DNA of 64,000 nt, from the NCBI GenBank assembly GCA_038143065.1, contig JAYQLI010000038.1, positions 32,622-96,621 of the forward strand, given 5' to 3'. Position 1 is the stretch's first letter; every line of letters begins with the position of its first letter. A program made the position numbers and the translations under genes. Source of the stretch: Rhodospirillales bacterium (lineage in GTDB: Bacteria > Pseudomonadota > Alphaproteobacteria > Bin95). This document shows positions 61,613-64,000 of the stretch, one piece after another. The notes beneath the pieces are model-generated. The model made no database searches. It saw only the letters and a program-made list of their open reading frames with translations, and was not told the origin of the DNA.

Positions 61613-61812
61613 CAATCTGAAAATGAAGCAATTTCAAGCACTTAGGTGATGGTGATAGCGTTATAGATTATTTTTATTACTATTTTTGCATGAGTTAGAA
61701 ATGATAGATAGAGCACACTCCGGTTTCGATTATGCGCTACCTACTTCAAATTTCGAAATGGTACTAATCTTTCCGATTTTTTCGTGGTTTCTGAATTTCA
61801 CGAGCTGCCCGA

Positions 61813-62625
61813 GGCACTGTCAGATTAAATCGCCTTGCCTGATTTCGTTAGGAACGTAGCTTTTTAGCCATGCCGAATTCTTTATCTTTCCGCTATTTCA
61901 AAACCAGCCCCGAGATTATCCAACTTTGCAGTTATGCTGTATGTGAGGTTCTGGCACTCACTGAGAAATGTAGAAGAACTCCTTCATGAACGAGGTGTGG
62001 ACGTAAGCTATGAGTCTGTTCGGTATTGGTGGCATAGATTTGGTTCCTTCGTCTGCAAGCCAGAGATCAAGAAGTGCAGAGCAGGGGCATGCAGTCCAGT
62101 AATTGAAATGGCACTCGATGAAGTCTTTGTGAAGATAAAAATGGTGAAAAGACATTACCTATGGCGTGCAGCGATCATGAAGGTGAGGTGTTAGAGTTAC
62201 GTCACCAAAAAGAGACAAAAAAGCAGCTTTAAAAGTTCATGAAGAAAAGCAATGCGCCGCTATGGAACACCAAACGAGACAGATATTTGGATCCTACTGT
62301 GTAGCAGCCGCCAGAACTGGCCGTTTGAGAAAGCAGGTTACCAAGCGATGCGGGCAAAAATAACAGAGTTGAGAATTCACATTTCTACTTCTTCGCCGAC
62401 GAGAAAGTGGCCATGCTTCGATTTAGGCGCATGCACAGTCTACATGTTCGCTCAACTATGCCTGTTTCACAATCTATTGAACCTGCAAAAGGTCACTCGA
62501 AACGTAGTACATTCAAGCTTGACCGTGACGCAGCTCTCACCGAGTGGCGTTCGTTAGTGAGCCCCATAGAGTATGAGCCATCATATGAATACTTCGATGC
62601 TTGGGATCGTTTGTCTGACAGGACC
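61813..62625 (+). mobile_element. IS6-family insertion sequence, copy C (813 bp)
   Basis: IRs GGCACTGTCAGATTAA / TTTGTCTGACAGGACC; LSLRNVEELLHERGVDVSYESVRYWW, LDEVFVKI, MRRYGTPNE. Confidence 0.88.
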
Positions 62626-63350
62626 TGCAGGTCCGCTTCATTAATACCCTAAATCTCGGCAGTGCTACTGTGGGGATCGGATATGTTTTCCAGTAAACAT
62701 GGACTCTGCCACCACTCTTAACACAGCGTTCGGCATCGGCATATAATCCCCGTTAGCTCTAACACATTCCAGGAACATGTAAGCGAGTTCCTCCGAGTAC
62801 CTGCACATTGGGTTGTCTTTAAGATCTAAGTCTAGCCAAACACAGTTAATCGTGGAAAGCGTCTCTGTCGTACGAGAATTACGCGACCATAGACGTGCTC
62901 ATACAGACATAAGCATCGAAACTGTCTTCATACATCAGATTAGACGCGCTGCGCTCATGTGCATCGTGGAGACACGGAAACTGGAATAGTGTCCTGCACC
63001 CATTGTATGTTGCGTTGAAGCCGTGGCTTGCGCACTTTGCGCCCCTCAGTTTGAGCTACTTCATATTCTTGCAACTCGCGTTCATAACGACGCCGATTGT
63101 CTTCTTTAGCTCTGCTTCAAATGCACCATCAATATCATTCTGAAGTCCAAGCGCATTGCTTCTTCTGCAATCGTTATGTAGTGATCTTGTTTTACGTCTT
63201 CAGAGCCATGCAGAAAATAGACATGGTCCGCAGACGTCCAAGACCCAGCAAATCGACGCACAAGCGTCTCGACCAATCCCAGTTAACACTCTCCTCTATC
63301 TTCTGCTACCCGCAGCAATACCTCGTCAATACGTTCCATCAAAAATGCCT
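62626..63350 (-). pseudogene. RepB-primase-like replication protein, truncated by IS6
   Basis: Hand translation: DAYVCMSTS..TINCVWLDLDLKD..MPMPNAV..SGGRVHVYWK. The reading frame runs into the IS6 right IR. Confidence 0.6.
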
Positions 63351-63592
63351 TCATAAAATAATCAGCCAAAGCCTTGGCCAAATCACTCTACAAAAGGCTG
63401 ATTAATGTCAGGTTTAAGTTGGGGATTGTTATTGGAGCGACTAACCCTGACACCCGTCGCTAGCTATAAATAGTGGCAGAGCTGAGTGGGGTTCGTTATC
63501 TATACAGAAAAATATAAGTTCTCTGATGGAACTAGGTAAAACTATGTCAATCGAAGTGAAACTATTAGTTTGGATTTAGAAGAGGTAGCACG

Positions 63593-64000
63593 ATGTCAGT
63601 GGGACTATTTGCATTCACTCAAAGATGTGTCATTGATGGCCAAGGCAGCAGCGGCCTCGCTAGATGATGTCGCAGCTGCATCGTTGAAGGCGACTTCAAA
63701 AGCAGCAGGAGTTGTTATTGACGATGCTGCTGTAACACCCAAATATGTCGTCGGCTTTGCGGCAGAACGAGAGCTTCCAATTATTCGCGCAATTGCTATC
63801 GGCTCTCTGAAGAATAAGTTTTTTTACATCTTACCGTCAGCACTTATCTTAGGATTTTTCTTACCTTGGCTGATCCATCCTATCCTTCTAATCGGCGGCT
63901 TGTATCTCAGTTATGAAGGTGCGGAAAATACTTTCTCTTACTTCTAGTGAAGCTTCAGAAGAGAAAGTTAAGGATGAAAAGAAACAATAAAATCAATACT
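63593..64000 (+). CDS. DUF808 (YedI-like) inner membrane protein, runs off the window end
   Basis: LDDVAAAS.KA..KAAGVVIDDAAVTPKYV.G.AAERELPII..IA.GSLKNK, YLSYEGAE. Confidence 0.88.

Overview
This is accessory DNA from what is probably a Rhodobacteraceae-like alphaproteobacterium, judging by the EtfA/EtfB, PcaF and TRAP sequences. Almost every gene carries indels, which points to a low-accuracy long-read consensus, so most CDS coordinates below are stitched across frames and approximate. The window is a tandem array of integrative elements separated by copies of a tRNA-Ser-like 3' end (CACCTC(C)TCCGCCA at 1573-1586 and 61600-61612). Each copy is preceded by a P4-type tyrosine integrase, and the two integrases are about 94% identical by hand count. 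The ~60 kb interval between the att copies has three parts. (i) At the left end is a second, DUF6538-type tyrosine integrase enclosed by ~120 bp inverted repeats that each contain the tRNA-end att core, which suggests a self-invertible integrase cassette. (ii) About 52 kb of catabolic cargo follows: an IS6-bracketed TRAP/pxpABC cassette, two more TRAP systems, etfBA, beta-oxidation genes, an Ltp2-like aldolase/DUF35/MaoC/AMACR-like cluster and pimF-A-C-D. (iii) At the right end is a phage-satellite-like backbone (integrase, two AlpA genes, primase-PriCT2-AAA_25 helicase, iteron-rich origin) with no capsid, terminase or conjugation genes. A further element begins after 61612 (IS6, truncated Rep-primase), followed by a DUF808 gene. 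I found no CRISPR, rRNA or complete tRNA.
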